From an uncultured Ignavibacteria bacterium (GTDB lineage: Bacteria > Bacteroidota > Ignavibacteria > Tepidaquicellales > OLB5), in the NCBI GenBank assembly GCA_963816535.1, contig CAWFKW010000003.1, positions 510,526 through 574,525 of the forward strand: a stretch of 64,000 nucleotides of DNA, given 5' to 3'. The notes beneath the pieces are model-generated. The model did not search any database. It was not told the origin of the DNA and saw nothing but the letters and a program-made list of their open reading frames with translations. Made by a program: the position numbers and the translations under genes. Shown here piece by piece: positions 37,485 to 47,118 of this stretch (position 1 is the stretch's first letter; each line of letters begins with the position of its first letter).

Positions 37485-37748
37485 TTATTCAAATGAAATA
37501 ATTTGTAATCCTTTTTCTTGTATCTCTTCTTTTGACCAGAATAACTTATCGGGATATATTTTATTTACAAATGTAACTTCTTTCCTCAAGCTACGTCCTG
37601 TATAATTTTTCGTTTTCGGATCCCATTCGTGTAATATAATTATATCGCCGGCATTCGTTTCAAAATCATTCAGACGTATTTCGTATTTTTTCCTGCCTTC
37701 AACAATAAGATTAAAATATTCAGGCCATATTTTTTTTTCAATCTTCAT
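37485..37748 (-). CDS. ASCH/DUF3850-like small protein
   Basis: MKIEKKIWPEYFNLIVEGRKKYEIRLNDF... The internal ATG at 37748 is preferred. The upstream 20 codons of the track ORF overlap a GC-rich hairpin repeat. Confidence 0.6.
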   Translation of the reverse strand: MKIEKKIWPEYFNLIVEGRKKYEIRLNDFETNAGDIIILHEWDPKTKNYTGRSLRKEVTFVNKIYPDKLFWSKEEIQEKGLQIISFE

Positions 37749-37813
37749 GTTTTTGGTTGTTGATGATAACCTGCCTTCGCATAGGCTTTGGCAGGCAGGC
37801 GCCAACAACGGCT

Positions 37814-37858
37814 TGTTAATTGTTAATTGTTAATTGTTAATTATTAATTTTTAATTGT
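37814..37858. repeat. AATTGTT heptamer tract
   Basis: TGTTAATTGTTAATTGTTAATTGTTAATTATTAATTTTTAATTGTT lies immediately 3' of the kdsD stop. TAA occurs in all six frames. Confidence 0.9.
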
Positions 37859-38830
37859 TTAACCCAGTCCTGCCTTCACAAGGTCATGCATATGCACAAC
37901 CCCGATGGGTACTTTCTTCCGGTCGGTGATAATTAGCTGAGTAATCGCATATTTTTCCATTAGTTCAAGCGCCGTCTCGCCCAGCATGTTTTCATTAACA
38001 ATTTTAGGACCAGTATTCATTATATCCTTCGCCTTGATCTCTGAAACATGGTCATATACCTGCAAAGTCCTGCGGATATCTCCGTCAGTAATTACGCCTT
38101 TGAGTTTTCCATTTTTATCGACCACACACGCGCAACCAAGCCGTTTTGTTGATATTTCAAAAACTATATCTTTGAATAAAGTAGTTTCTTTTACCATAGG
38201 CACATGACTGTTCTTAGCCATCAGCTCGCTTACTCTAAGCAAAAGTTTTCGCCCAAGAATTCCACCGGGATGCAGCATGGCAAATTCTTCTTTTGAAAAA
38301 TCTCTTTTCTTAAGAAGTGAAATTGCTAAAGCGTCGCCTATAACCAGAGCGACTGTTGTGGAGGTTGTGGGCGCTAAGTCATACGGACATGCTTCGTGCT
38401 CGACGCTTGCGTCTATTAAAACATCCGAAAGTTCATTTAACTGCGAATCCATATCGCCGACAATTGAAATTATTTTCACATCCAATTGTTTGATCACTGT
38501 CAGAAGCTGAACAAGCTCAACGCTGTCGCCTGATTTTGAAATGCATATCACAACGTCGCCGGGCTGGATCATGCCCATATCGCCGTGTATTGAATCCGCT
38601 GAATGAAGAAAAATCGCAGGTGTGCCTGTGGAGTTTAGAGTTGCAACAATTTTTTGCGCTATTATGCCTGATTTACCGATCCCGGTTACGACTACCCTGC
38701 CTTTGCATTTGTAAATTATTTCAACCGCTTCTTTGAAACTTGCGTTTATTCTTTTTTCCAGTCCGCTGAGAGCTTTTCTTTCTGTCTGAATTACTTTCTT
38801 TGCATCGGATAATGTTCTGTCGGCCTTCAA
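37859..38830 (-). CDS. kdsD: Arabinose-5-phosphate isomerase (KpsF/GutQ family; SIS plus CBS pair)
   Basis: 323 aa (GRVVVTGIGKSG, and a C-terminal CBS pair). Confidence 0.9.
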   Translation of the reverse strand: MKADRTLSDAKKVIQTERKALSGLEKRINASFKEAVEIIYKCKGRVVVTGIGKSGIIAQKIVATLNSTGTPAIFLHSADSIHGDMGMIQPGDVVICISKSGDSVELVQLLTVIKQLDVKIISIVGDMDSQLNELSDVLIDASVEHEACPYDLAPTTSTTVALVIGDALAISLLKKRDFSKEEFAMLHPGGILGRKLLLRVSELMAKNSHVPMVKETTLFKDIVFEISTKRLGCACVVDKNGKLKGVITDGDIRRTLQVYDHVSEIKAKDIMNTGPKIVNENMLGETALELMEKYAITQLIITDRKKVPIGVVHMHDLVKAGLG

Positions 38831-38921
38831 TCTCTTTTGGTTAAGTAAATTTTTATTATCGCTTATTAGAATTATATTTGTAAATAATACTAAATTTAGA
38901 ATTTTATTGAAAGCTAATTAA

Positions 38922-40349
38922 ATGGCAAGAGTTAACCGCGACGAAGTGGTAGAGTTGGATGTGACCGATATTGGCTCTGAGGGGAAAGGAATTGCCCGTA
39001 TTGACGGTGAATTTGTGGTTTTTGTAGATGGAGCCGTTCCTGGGGACAAAATAAGAGCCAAAATAAAGAAAGTAAAAAAGAAGTTTGCCGAAGCGGTAAT
39101 TGAGCAGGTATTGGAAAATTCTGAATTCCGTACTAAACCTGAATGCGGACATTTCGGAGTTTGCAACGGCTGTAAAATTCAGAATATTGATTACTGCTAC
39201 CAGCTTAACATAAAAAGACAGAGCGTGATAAACGCTTTTGAAAGAATAGGCGGATTTAAAGGAATTTCGGCGCCGCCCGTAATTGGTTCTCCAAACATAT
39301 ATTTTTACAGAAATAAGCTTGAGTTCTCTTTCTCAAACGACAGGTGGCTAACAACCGAAGATATGGGCATTGAAAATGTTAACAGGAAATTTGCGCTCGG
39401 TTTCCACATGCCGGGGTTTATAGATAAGGTCGTCGACATAAATAAATGCTGGCTCCAATCGGAACTCTCCAATGTAATTCTGAACAGGACCCGTGATTTT
39501 TTTAAGTCTAAGGGGGAATCTATTTTCTCGACCAGGACCCACGAGGGCTATTTGAGATACCTTGTAATTAGGCAATCTGAGAGGACCAAAGACGTGATGA
39601 TAAACCTCATAACGTCTTCAGAAAAGAACAAGCTGATGGAAGAATACTCCGCCATGATCCTGAAAGAAACTATTAAGACCGACTCAAAATATTCGGCTCC
39701 GTCAATCATAAATTCTATATCAAGCTCAAAGGCGCAGGTGGCGCAGGCCGATTATTTTAACGCGTTTTCAGGCAAAGGATTTATTGAAGAAACTTTAGGA
39801 AAGTACAGGTTTAAAATTACGCCCACGTCTTTTTTCCAGACAAACACCGAGCAATGCGAGAGGCTGTTTGAAGGAATAATTGAACTTGGCCAATTCGGTA
39901 AATCGGAAAATGTACTTGACCTTTACTGCGGCTGCGGGGCTATATCCATCTATATTTCTGAACTTGTCAATAAAATTTTCGGAATAGAGCTTAGCCCTGA
40001 TTCGATAATGATGGCGCATGAAAATGCAGGGCTTAACGGGGTAACCAATTGCGATTTTGCCGCATACGACGTTAAAGACTATCTTGCGGTAATCACCAAG
40101 GACCTAACAAATAAATACGATACGATAATACTAGATCCGCCCAGAAGCGGAATTCATCCAAAGGCGGCGGAATATCTTCTGGATTATGAAGCGAAGAAAA
40201 TTATTTATGTTTCCTGCAATCCTGCAACACAGGCAAGAGACATAAAGGCGCTGGAAAGCAAATATTGTATAACCTCAATGCAGCCGGTTGACATGTTCCC
40301 GCATACTTTTCATATAGAAAATGTTGCGCGGCTGGATCTTAAGAATTGA
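38922..40349 (+). CDS. rlmD: 23S rRNA (uracil-5-)-methyltransferase RlmD/RumA family
   Basis: 475 aa. N-terminal TRAM domain, Fe-S cysteines CGHFGVCNGCKIQN, and a C-terminal SAM MTase (DPPRSG). Confidence 0.85.
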   Translation: MARVNRDEVVELDVTDIGSEGKGIARIDGEFVVFVDGAVPGDKIRAKIKKVKKKFAEAVIEQVLENSEFRTKPECGHFGVCNGCKIQNIDYCYQLNIKRQSVINAFERIGGFKGISAPPVIGSPNIYFYRNKLEFSFSNDRWLTTEDMGIENVNRKFALGFHMPGFIDKVVDINKCWLQSELSNVILNRTRDFFKSKGESIFSTRTHEGYLRYLVIRQSERTKDVMINLITSSEKNKLMEEYSAMILKETIKTDSKYSAPSIINSISSSKAQVAQADYFNAFSGKGFIEETLGKYRFKITPTSFFQTNTEQCERLFEGIIELGQFGKSENVLDLYCGCGAISIYISELVNKIFGIELSPDSIMMAHENAGLNGVTNCDFAAYDVKDYLAVITKDLTNKYDTIILDPPRSGIHPKAAEYLLDYEAKKIIYVSCNPATQARDIKALESKYCITSMQPVDMFPHTFHIENVARLDLKN

Positions 40350-40395
40350 GAATTTGGAATTAAGAATCGCGAATTAGATCTTAAATAACAAATCG

Positions 40396-40896
40396 ATGAA
40401 CAACAAAACAGAGGCTCAGGTATTATCAGGAGCGTATGAGGCCGCAAGATCGCTCTCTGATTTCTACATTTCTAAATTTCAAAATCTTGATATAAACGCT
40501 AATCTTGAGGCGGGAGGAATTAAGTTCAATTCGCCGCACTGGATCCTGGCTCATCTAGTGTGGACAGAACACTTTCTGCTGGTACAGGGCGTGGGCAACA
40601 GATCTATTGATATTCCATGGCTGGATGAATATATGATAGGAACAGATCCGGTTGATGCAAAAACAAAGATGACCTTCAGCGAACTGATGGGTCACAGGAA
40701 AAAAGTGCATGAAGAGGCAATGAAAATACTAAATGGGCTAAGCGATGAAGAATTAGACAAACCTAATTTTATTGAAGCGGCTTTTGGAGGCGTAAACAAT
40801 AAGCGTAACGTCATTACGCATGCGATCCGCCATGAACCCATGCACACCGGGCAGCTATCATGGATATTGAAAGTCAATGGAGTTAAGATGCCGTAA
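40396..40896 (+). CDS. DinB-superfamily protein
   Basis: 166 aa with the histidine triad pattern (HLVWTEHF...HEPMHTGQ). Confidence 0.75.
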   Translation: MNNKTEAQVLSGAYEAARSLSDFYISKFQNLDINANLEAGGIKFNSPHWILAHLVWTEHFLLVQGVGNRSIDIPWLDEYMIGTDPVDAKTKMTFSELMGHRKKVHEEAMKILNGLSDEELDKPNFIEAAFGGVNNKRNVITHAIRHEPMHTGQLSWILKVNGVKMP

Positions 40897-40998
40897 CACC
40901 GGATGCGCAGTTCCCCTGCCCGCAACTGGCAGGCGGAAATTTTGAACACAGAAAAACTGCCACAAAGTCACGAAGACACAAAGGAAGTGGCAGCTTTT

Positions 40999-41065
40999 AG
41001 CCACGACTTTAGTCGTGGGTTTATTAATGACTCCCAAATCTTAAAACCGTTTTAACTGTTTCGGA
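40999..41065. repeat. Family C hairpin pair, inverted relative to 904-968
   Basis: CCACGAC-TTTA-GTCGTGG followed by AAAACCGTTTTAACTGTTTCGG. The reverse complement aligns with 904-968. Confidence 0.8.
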
Positions 41066-41124
41066 AATAATAGATAAAGAATCAGATCGCCGTTTGCGCG
41101 GGGACAGGTTTCCCGACAATCGGC

Positions 41125-42453
41125 TTACGCCATTTCGTAAAATCCTTTTTTGAATATCGCTCCGTACTCGCCGTACTTTCGCGCTTCAAGAGCGGCAAAT
41201 TTTTCATGCGGGAATGGACTGTAGGTCCTAATAAAATAATCAACAGCGCCCAAAGCGGCCCTGCTTGCCCCGCAATTTAATCTGAACGGCAGATTCACAA
41301 CCTTATAATCAATATCCTTCATTGTCAGGCTCTCGTCCACAATGAAAACCGTATTCTCGTTTATCCTGCAATAAATATCCTGCTTCTCAAGCTCTTTCAG
41401 GCCGTCTTCCGAAAGTATTATGACAAAATCGGCCTCATCAGCCGCGGTGTAATAGATGGGGTTCGGGCTTATTATAACTTCTGACAGCGAAAACCCGGAG
41501 CCCTGCGTAACAGGATTATCGTTCTTCTGTGTTGTATTTAACCCGCTTGAAAGAGCGGCTTCACAAAGCATAGCCGCGGATGACTGGATTTTTTCGCCCG
41601 CGCTGCCTGCAATTATTATTCCAAGCTGAACATCAAGGTTATGGTCAAAAGCAGGCACAATATATTTTGGAGCCTTCATCGAATTCCTGTGAGCTTCCAA
41701 ATCCTCAAAAAATCTTGAGGCAAACTCCTTTCTGTTAGAGGTTTCCTTAAACATCCCCAGCTTATGCCCTTCCTGCTCTGCAAGTTTAACCAGCATATTT
41801 CCTTTCAGCTCGTTCCTTGTGACGGCATGTTCGGTGCACAGCTCAAGAATTTCCACCAGCGAAAATCCTTCATGCTCTATAGCTTTGGCTATTACTTCGG
41901 CCAGGTCCTTATCAGTAGCCGTTTTGCGCGCTATGAACTCGCCCTTTGAAGCGTCAACGGTTTTGCACAGGTCCAAAGGCGGAATTATGCTCCCGAACGG
42001 CGTTGTCTGCGTGACAAAATTTTCGGGCGTGAAAGAAGATTGCTGCCCGCCTGTCATTCCGAATAAAAAGTTGTTGGCTACCAGAACGGTCAGGTCCACA
42101 TTCAGAAGCGACGCGTTCACTATATGCAGCAGCCCGATCATTGAACCGCCGTCGCCAATTAACACAATTACTTTCAGCTTCTTTTCGCCCATCACTTTAT
42201 CGGCAATGGCAATTCCGGTTGCAAAGCCGGTGGACCTGCCGTGGGTTGTATGGACGGTATGCACTTTATCAAAAAGCGCGTCGGCTAATCCAATACAGCC
42301 TATATCCGTCACAAGGCAGACATCCTTAGGATCGAGATTCAGGTTTGTAAGCGCCTCGTCAAGCTTATTTAAAATATGGTTATGCCCGCACCCTTTGCAA
42401 AACGGCGACGCGGCGCCTTCGGTCATATACGTACATTGAACTGGATTCTGCAT
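41125..42453 (-). CDS. 2-oxoacid:ferredoxin oxidoreductase beta subunit (TPP-binding) with C-terminal gamma-like domain
   Basis: 442 aa (FCKGCGHNHI, GDGG). The extra ~170-aa C-terminal domain resembles the POR gamma domain. Confidence 0.75.
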   Translation of the reverse strand: MQNPVQCTYMTEGAASPFCKGCGHNHILNKLDEALTNLNLDPKDVCLVTDIGCIGLADALFDKVHTVHTTHGRSTGFATGIAIADKVMGEKKLKVIVLIGDGGSMIGLLHIVNASLLNVDLTVLVANNFLFGMTGGQQSSFTPENFVTQTTPFGSIIPPLDLCKTVDASKGEFIARKTATDKDLAEVIAKAIEHEGFSLVEILELCTEHAVTRNELKGNMLVKLAEQEGHKLGMFKETSNRKEFASRFFEDLEAHRNSMKAPKYIVPAFDHNLDVQLGIIIAGSAGEKIQSSAAMLCEAALSSGLNTTQKNDNPVTQGSGFSLSEVIISPNPIYYTAADEADFVIILSEDGLKELEKQDIYCRINENTVFIVDESLTMKDIDYKVVNLPFRLNCGASRAALGAVDYFIRTYSPFPHEKFAALEARKYGEYGAIFKKGFYEMA

Positions 42454-42458
42454 CTTAT

Positions 42459-43598
42459 CTATATCCTTTCAAGTATTTCAGACGGCGTGATCATTGAACC
42501 AATCTTATTGATGCCAATTACTTCGTTATGGGTCAAATAAGGTTCTATCAGCCTTCTGTATTGCCCGTTCAGATTTTCTTCGGCAATAATTACTTTCCTT
42601 ACCTTCGCCGCGTTTTGGGCTATTATTTTGTACGGAATCGGGAACATGCTCTTTATTGTCAGGCTTGAAACCTTCTTCCCACCGGCCCTGGCAATTCTAA
42701 CGGCTTCATTCATGGTTCTTGCAGTAATCCCGAAACTTATTAGCAGAGCCTCAGCTTCATTCTCCAGATCTTCATCAACCAGGATCAGCTTATCCCTGTT
42801 CTTTTCGATCTTATCCTCAAGGTGCCTGAGGACTGAAATAGTCTCCGTATCGTTTTTCTTCAGAAGGCCGGCGAAATTATGGGCCGAACCCGTAGCTGTC
42901 ACCTTCACATGGCCTCCTACATTTGCGAACTTCGAAACAAGGTCAGGCGAGTCAAAACCATACATCGTCCATTCGTTAAAATCATAATCGTTCTTATGAA
43001 TTTTCGCCCTGTCAATCGATTTGAGCTTATCAAGGCCCTCGTAGTCAACGCTTTCGGTCGTCATGCCTATTTCTTTATCAGTAAGCAATACAACCGGCGT
43101 TCTGAGCGATTCTGACCAGCTGAATGCAAGCGCTGTAAGCTCAAAACACTCTCTTGAAGTTGTAGGATAAAGAACGGGTATAGTATATCCGCCGCTAGTG
43201 GCAAATTCGGTTATAAGTATATCTCCCTGCCCGCCCTGGGTTGCGCCTCCCGTGCTGGGCCCAAGGCGCTGGACAACGCAAATAACAACAGGCGTTTCGG
43301 TAATAAGCGCGTATTGGACGGTTTCAACCATAAGCGCCCAGCCGGGCCCTGACGTTGCCGTCATTGATTTGTATCCGCGCATTGAAGCGCCTACGCAATA
43401 AGCTAAAGCTGAAATTTCGTCGGGTGAACTGATGGCAATGCCGCCGTGAAGGGGAAGGTTATCTATCATTCCTTTGTAGACCCCTGAAGCAGGCGTTATG
43501 GGGTATCCCGCAAAAAACTTACATCCTGCCTGTATCGCTCCTTCTGCAACCATTTGGTTTCCGCTTCGGAGAGCCATTCGTTTCGTTTGTGTCAACAT
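42459..43598 (-). CDS. 2-oxoacid:ferredoxin oxidoreductase alpha subunit
   Basis: 379 aa (GNQMVAEGAIQAGCKFFAGYPITP). Its stop is 5 nt from the beta start. Confidence 0.8.
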   Translation of the reverse strand: MLTQTKRMALRSGNQMVAEGAIQAGCKFFAGYPITPASGVYKGMIDNLPLHGGIAISSPDEISALAYCVGASMRGYKSMTATSGPGWALMVETVQYALITETPVVICVVQRLGPSTGGATQGGQGDILITEFATSGGYTIPVLYPTTSRECFELTALAFSWSESLRTPVVLLTDKEIGMTTESVDYEGLDKLKSIDRAKIHKNDYDFNEWTMYGFDSPDLVSKFANVGGHVKVTATGSAHNFAGLLKKNDTETISVLRHLEDKIEKNRDKLILVDEDLENEAEALLISFGITARTMNEAVRIARAGGKKVSSLTIKSMFPIPYKIIAQNAAKVRKVIIAEENLNGQYRRLIEPYLTHNEVIGINKIGSMITPSEILERI

Positions 43599-43692
43599 AA
43601 GTAACTCCTTTACATGTCAGCACAAAAATAATAAAAATTAAGTTGATTTGTAAGTGGGAAAAGTAACCAAAACAACTAAAACCAATAATAAA

Positions 43693-43992
43693 TCAGCATT
43701 TTTCCAGCTCCGCTCTCACTTTTTGGATGGCCTCATCAACTTTGTTTTGAGGCGCGTTTGTTTCCCAGATTATGTCAAGTTCATGTTCCCTGATCAATAT
43801 TTTCGCTCTTATCCAAAAGGTAATGAACAGTATTTTCCTCTCCGCTACAATGCTGTAACCATCCTCCAGCTTGCCGATCTTTACATCATATTCAGACATC
43901 TGCTTAGAATACGCCAGCTTAAATTTTTCAAGGCATTCCCATAGTTCATGCTTCGATTTGCCGGGTTTGTAAACCAAAATGCTGTGTTCCAT
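43693..43992 (-). CDS. Hypothetical small protein
   Basis: 99-aa ORF. It overlaps a 96-aa plus-strand ORF, and I recognise no family for either. Confidence 0.4.
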   Translation of the reverse strand: MEHSILVYKPGKSKHELWECLEKFKLAYSKQMSEYDVKIGKLEDGYSIVAERKILFITFWIRAKILIREHELDIIWETNAPQNKVDEAIQKVRAELEKC

Positions 43993-44025
43993 ATTCTTTA
44001 ATCAGGACTCAATTTAAGTTCACAA

Positions 44026-44052
44026 GAAAAAACCCCGACCGTAAGATCGGGG
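44026..44052 (-). terminator. Rho-independent terminator candidate downstream of the OppD-like gene
   Basis: On the minus strand, CCCCGA-TCTTACGG-TCGGGG is followed by TTTTTTC. Confidence 0.55.
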
Positions 44053-44076
44053 ACACTATATTATATATCTTTTTTT

Positions 44077-44120
44077 CATTACTCATTACTCATTACTCAT
44101 TACTTCATTACTCATTACTC
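44077..44120. repeat. CATTACT heptamer tract
   Basis: CATTACTCATTACTCATTACTCATTACTTCATTACTCATTACTC abuts the OppD-like stop. On the minus (coding) strand it gives TAA/TGA in all three frames. A second copy lies at 47064-47081, 3' of the E1 gene. Confidence 0.9.
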
Positions 44121-45165
44121 AAGCTGCTGCCGGAGTTTTCTCTCCTGCTTTTTCCCGCTTTGCCGCAATATCTTTCCAGTAGTGGCAGGCAACTGTATGC
44201 ATTTGGCTTGCGCCATCAATTTGTACAAGTTCCGGTTCAACGTTCCAGCATTTTGAGTCCTTAGTATAAAGCTTGCTGTCAACATACTTGCACCTTGTGC
44301 AGAAATGACATCCAACCGGATAATTTGTGGCAGCGGGCACATTGCCTTCTATAGTTGCAAGTCTGCCCGCGCCTTTATTAAGTTTTGGAATTGAGCTTAA
44401 TAACCCAAGCGTATAGGGATGTTTGGGATTGTAAAAAATTTCATCCGCAATAGAATATTCAACAACTTTGGAAGCATACATCACTGCAACGCGCTTGGAA
44501 ATTTCGGCAATAACGCCGAGGTCATGAGTTATCATGATCACACCCATTCCAAGCTCATCCTGCAGCTTTCTTATCAGCTCAAGTATCTGCGCCTGCACTG
44601 TAACATCAAGAGCTGTGGTAGGTTCGTCCGCGATCAGGATTTCCGGGTTGCATGAGAGAGCCATTGCGATCATAACGCGCTGGCGAAGTCCGCCCGATAA
44701 TTGGTGCGGGTATTCCAAGTATCTTTGTTCCGGGGCGGGGATGCCGACAAGCCTCAGCATTTCAATCGAGCGCTTTTTAGCTTCCTCCTTGCTTACTTTC
44801 TGGTGGAGTATAACGGCTTCATCGATCTGGAAACCGTTCGTGAAGACGGGGTTCAATGATGTCATGGGCTCCTGAAAGATCATAGCAACGTCGTTGCCGC
44901 GCATATCCTGCATTTCACGTTCGGTTTTTTTTACAATATCTTCCCCTTTGAAGAGAATTTCGCCTCCGACAATTTTTCCCGGCGGGTCAGGTATTAACCT
45001 CATTATTGAAAGCGCCGAAACGCTTTTGCCGCATCCTGATTCGCCAACAATGCCCAGCGTTTCGCCTTTGTCCAGATCATACGAAACATCATCAACCGCC
45101 TTCGCTATGCCGTCATCGGTATAAAAGTATGTTCTCAGGTTCTTAACTTCTAGAAGCTTTGCCAT
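44119..45165 (-). CDS. Oligopeptide/dipeptide ABC transporter ATP-binding protein
   Basis: 348 aa. Walker A GESGCGKS and signature LSGGLRQR. The OppD/DppD-type C-terminal extension contains cysteines. Confidence 0.85.
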   Translation of the reverse strand: MAKLLEVKNLRTYFYTDDGIAKAVDDVSYDLDKGETLGIVGESGCGKSVSALSIMRLIPDPPGKIVGGEILFKGEDIVKKTEREMQDMRGNDVAMIFQEPMTSLNPVFTNGFQIDEAVILHQKVSKEEAKKRSIEMLRLVGIPAPEQRYLEYPHQLSGGLRQRVMIAMALSCNPEILIADEPTTALDVTVQAQILELIRKLQDELGMGVIMITHDLGVIAEISKRVAVMYASKVVEYSIADEIFYNPKHPYTLGLLSSIPKLNKGAGRLATIEGNVPAATNYPVGCHFCTRCKYVDSKLYTKDSKCWNVEPELVQIDGASQMHTVACHYWKDIAAKREKAGEKTPAAA

Positions 45166-45321
45166 TTCCTTAATTTGTTTAAATTTTGCACAAATTAGCT
45201 AAAAATATATGATAAATAAAAGTCTATATTATCTGTAATTTCCTCGAAAGCGGGAATCCAGAATGAAGGTTTTTGAGACATTCTTATACATTTTTCTAAC
45301 TCACAATTCTCGAGGTTCTTT

Positions 45322-45480
45322 GGGCGGACACACACGTCCACCCCTACAGAACAATCAAACTCGAATTCAATAATATTATTGTTTTACCTCACCTCCTCTA
45401 CGAGCCTTCGACTCGAAGAGTCGTAGACCAGCCCCCTCTCCACATGGAGAGGGGTGGCGCCTGCCTGCTGCAGGCAGGCG
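45322..45480. repeat. Cluster of four GC-rich hairpin repeats
   Basis: GGGCGGACACACACGTCCACCC at 45322-45343 (inverted relative to 4605-4625); family E at 45397-45427; CCCTCTCC-ACAT-GGAGAGGG within 45432-45454; GCCTGCCTGC-T-GCAGGCAGGC within 45457-45480 (also at 63961-63982). Confidence 0.85.
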
Positions 45481-45504
45481 AAGCGACGGGGAGAGGTATC
45501 TTTA

Positions 45505-46869
45505 CTATCGCAGCAATTCCTTAATTTCTTTCAAAAACCTCTTTTGCAGCCACGCGGCTTCTTCCGCCGTTTTCGCTTCAGTTATTATCCTTATTATAGG
45601 TTCCGTATTGGATTTTCTGAAATTCGCCCATGATGATTCAAAATCTATCCTTAACCCGTCTTCATGGTTTTGTCCAAAAGCGGTATATCTTTTAGAAAGA
45701 TACTTAAGTATTGAATCAGGCTTAATGCCTGAGAGATTTATCTTAGCTTTCCGAATGAAATACTGCGGAAGGCTCTTTTTGTATTCTGAAACTTTTCCGC
45801 CAAACTCAGCCAGCGCGCTTAATATTATCGCTATTCCAACAAGTGAATCTCTTCCGTAATGCACTTCGGGCAGGATAACTCCACCGCTGCCCTCGCCTCC
45901 AACAACCGCGCCGCATTTTTTCATCTTGGCGATAACGTTGATCTCGCCCACCGGAGACTTATATAATTTACCGTCAAGCTTATTCACAATATCGTCGACC
46001 GAGCGTGATGTTGAAAGATTGACGGCGGCTATCCTTTTGGCCTTAGGCGTTTTCTTTAATATATAATTCACTACAGTAGTAATCGTATTTTCTTCGCCAA
46101 ACGGTTCCCCTTTCTCATCGATAATTACCAGGCGGTCGGCGTCCGGGTCGACAACAATCCCAATATCGGCTTTATGTTTCCTGACAGCGAGACAGGTTTT
46201 TTTCAGATTCTCGGGAATTGGTTCCGGCATTCGGGTGAACAGGCCCGTCCCGTCGCAATCGATCTTAATAACTTCACAGGCTAATTTTTCAAGAAGCGCG
46301 GGGACTATAAAGGAACCTGATGAATTAACACAATCGACAACAACTTTAAATCTCTTCTGTTTTATTTGTTTGAGATTTAAGGATTTGATTTGAAGGACTT
46401 TTTGTATATGATAATCATAAAATCCGGGATAATACTCGATTGGCTTTATCTTATCCCATCTTACAGTAGTTGGCTTAACATCACTCACAAATGACAGGAA
46501 CGCTTTGTTCTCAGCAGCGTTCAGGAAAATCCCTTTGCCGTTAATAAACTTCATACCGTTCCACTGCTGTGGATTGTGTGAAGCGGTTATGGATATTCCT
46601 CCAGAGGCTTTGAGAACTTCTACCGCCAGTGTGATTGATGGAGTTGGGGCAATGCCGATATTAACTACTTCGCAGCCGTTGAGCAGCAAAGTTGACTCAA
46701 CAATTTTTTCAACAAGTTCGCCGTGCATCCTGCCGTCCCGGCCAATTACAATGCGTTTGTTGTTAACATATTTGGCAAACGCGGTAATGTATTTAACAAT
46801 ATTTTCAGGCGTAAGAGATTCGCCTAAAATTCCCCTGATACCCGATATTGATACTATTGGTTCAATCAT
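45505..46869 (-). CDS. Phosphoglucomutase/phosphomannomutase-family enzyme
   Basis: 454 aa with active-site loop ITASHNPQQWNG. Confidence 0.85.
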   Translation of the reverse strand: MIEPIVSISGIRGILGESLTPENIVKYITAFAKYVNNKRIVIGRDGRMHGELVEKIVESTLLLNGCEVVNIGIAPTPSITLAVEVLKASGGISITASHNPQQWNGMKFINGKGIFLNAAENKAFLSFVSDVKPTTVRWDKIKPIEYYPGFYDYHIQKVLQIKSLNLKQIKQKRFKVVVDCVNSSGSFIVPALLEKLACEVIKIDCDGTGLFTRMPEPIPENLKKTCLAVRKHKADIGIVVDPDADRLVIIDEKGEPFGEENTITTVVNYILKKTPKAKRIAAVNLSTSRSVDDIVNKLDGKLYKSPVGEINVIAKMKKCGAVVGGEGSGGVILPEVHYGRDSLVGIAIILSALAEFGGKVSEYKKSLPQYFIRKAKINLSGIKPDSILKYLSKRYTAFGQNHEDGLRIDFESSWANFRKSNTEPIIRIITEAKTAEEAAWLQKRFLKEIKELLR

Positions 46870-46890
46870 TTTTGTGTTTTCAGTAAAATC

Positions 46891-46961
46891 TATATGTCGC
46901 TCCTACGGAGCTATTTGTCAAACTTAAAAATTTTCTACAAATATTTCGCCCCTATCGGGGC
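46891..46961. repeat. Family B composite repeat
   Basis: GCTCC-TAC-GGAGC at 46899-46911; TTTCTACAAATAT at 46932-44; GCCCC-TAT-CGGGGC at 46948-61. The order is the same as at 774-835 and 5321-5387. Confidence 0.85.
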
Positions 46962-47118
46962 CACCGGAAATAAAAAAGGTGAAGCGTCTAATTCCTTCAC
47001 CCTAATTATTTTTAGTATTTATTTTAAACAATCCAAGTTATCTCAATTTCAGTGTAATCTTTTCATTACTCATTACTCATTTTGAAATTGCCGTTTCACT
47101 TATTCAGCAGTTCACCGG

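Noticed and set aside
38904-39166. Two 82-aa minus-strand ORFs overlapping the rlmD start.
   Set aside because: They overlap the TRAM-domain coding region of a well-supported gene and have no motifs.
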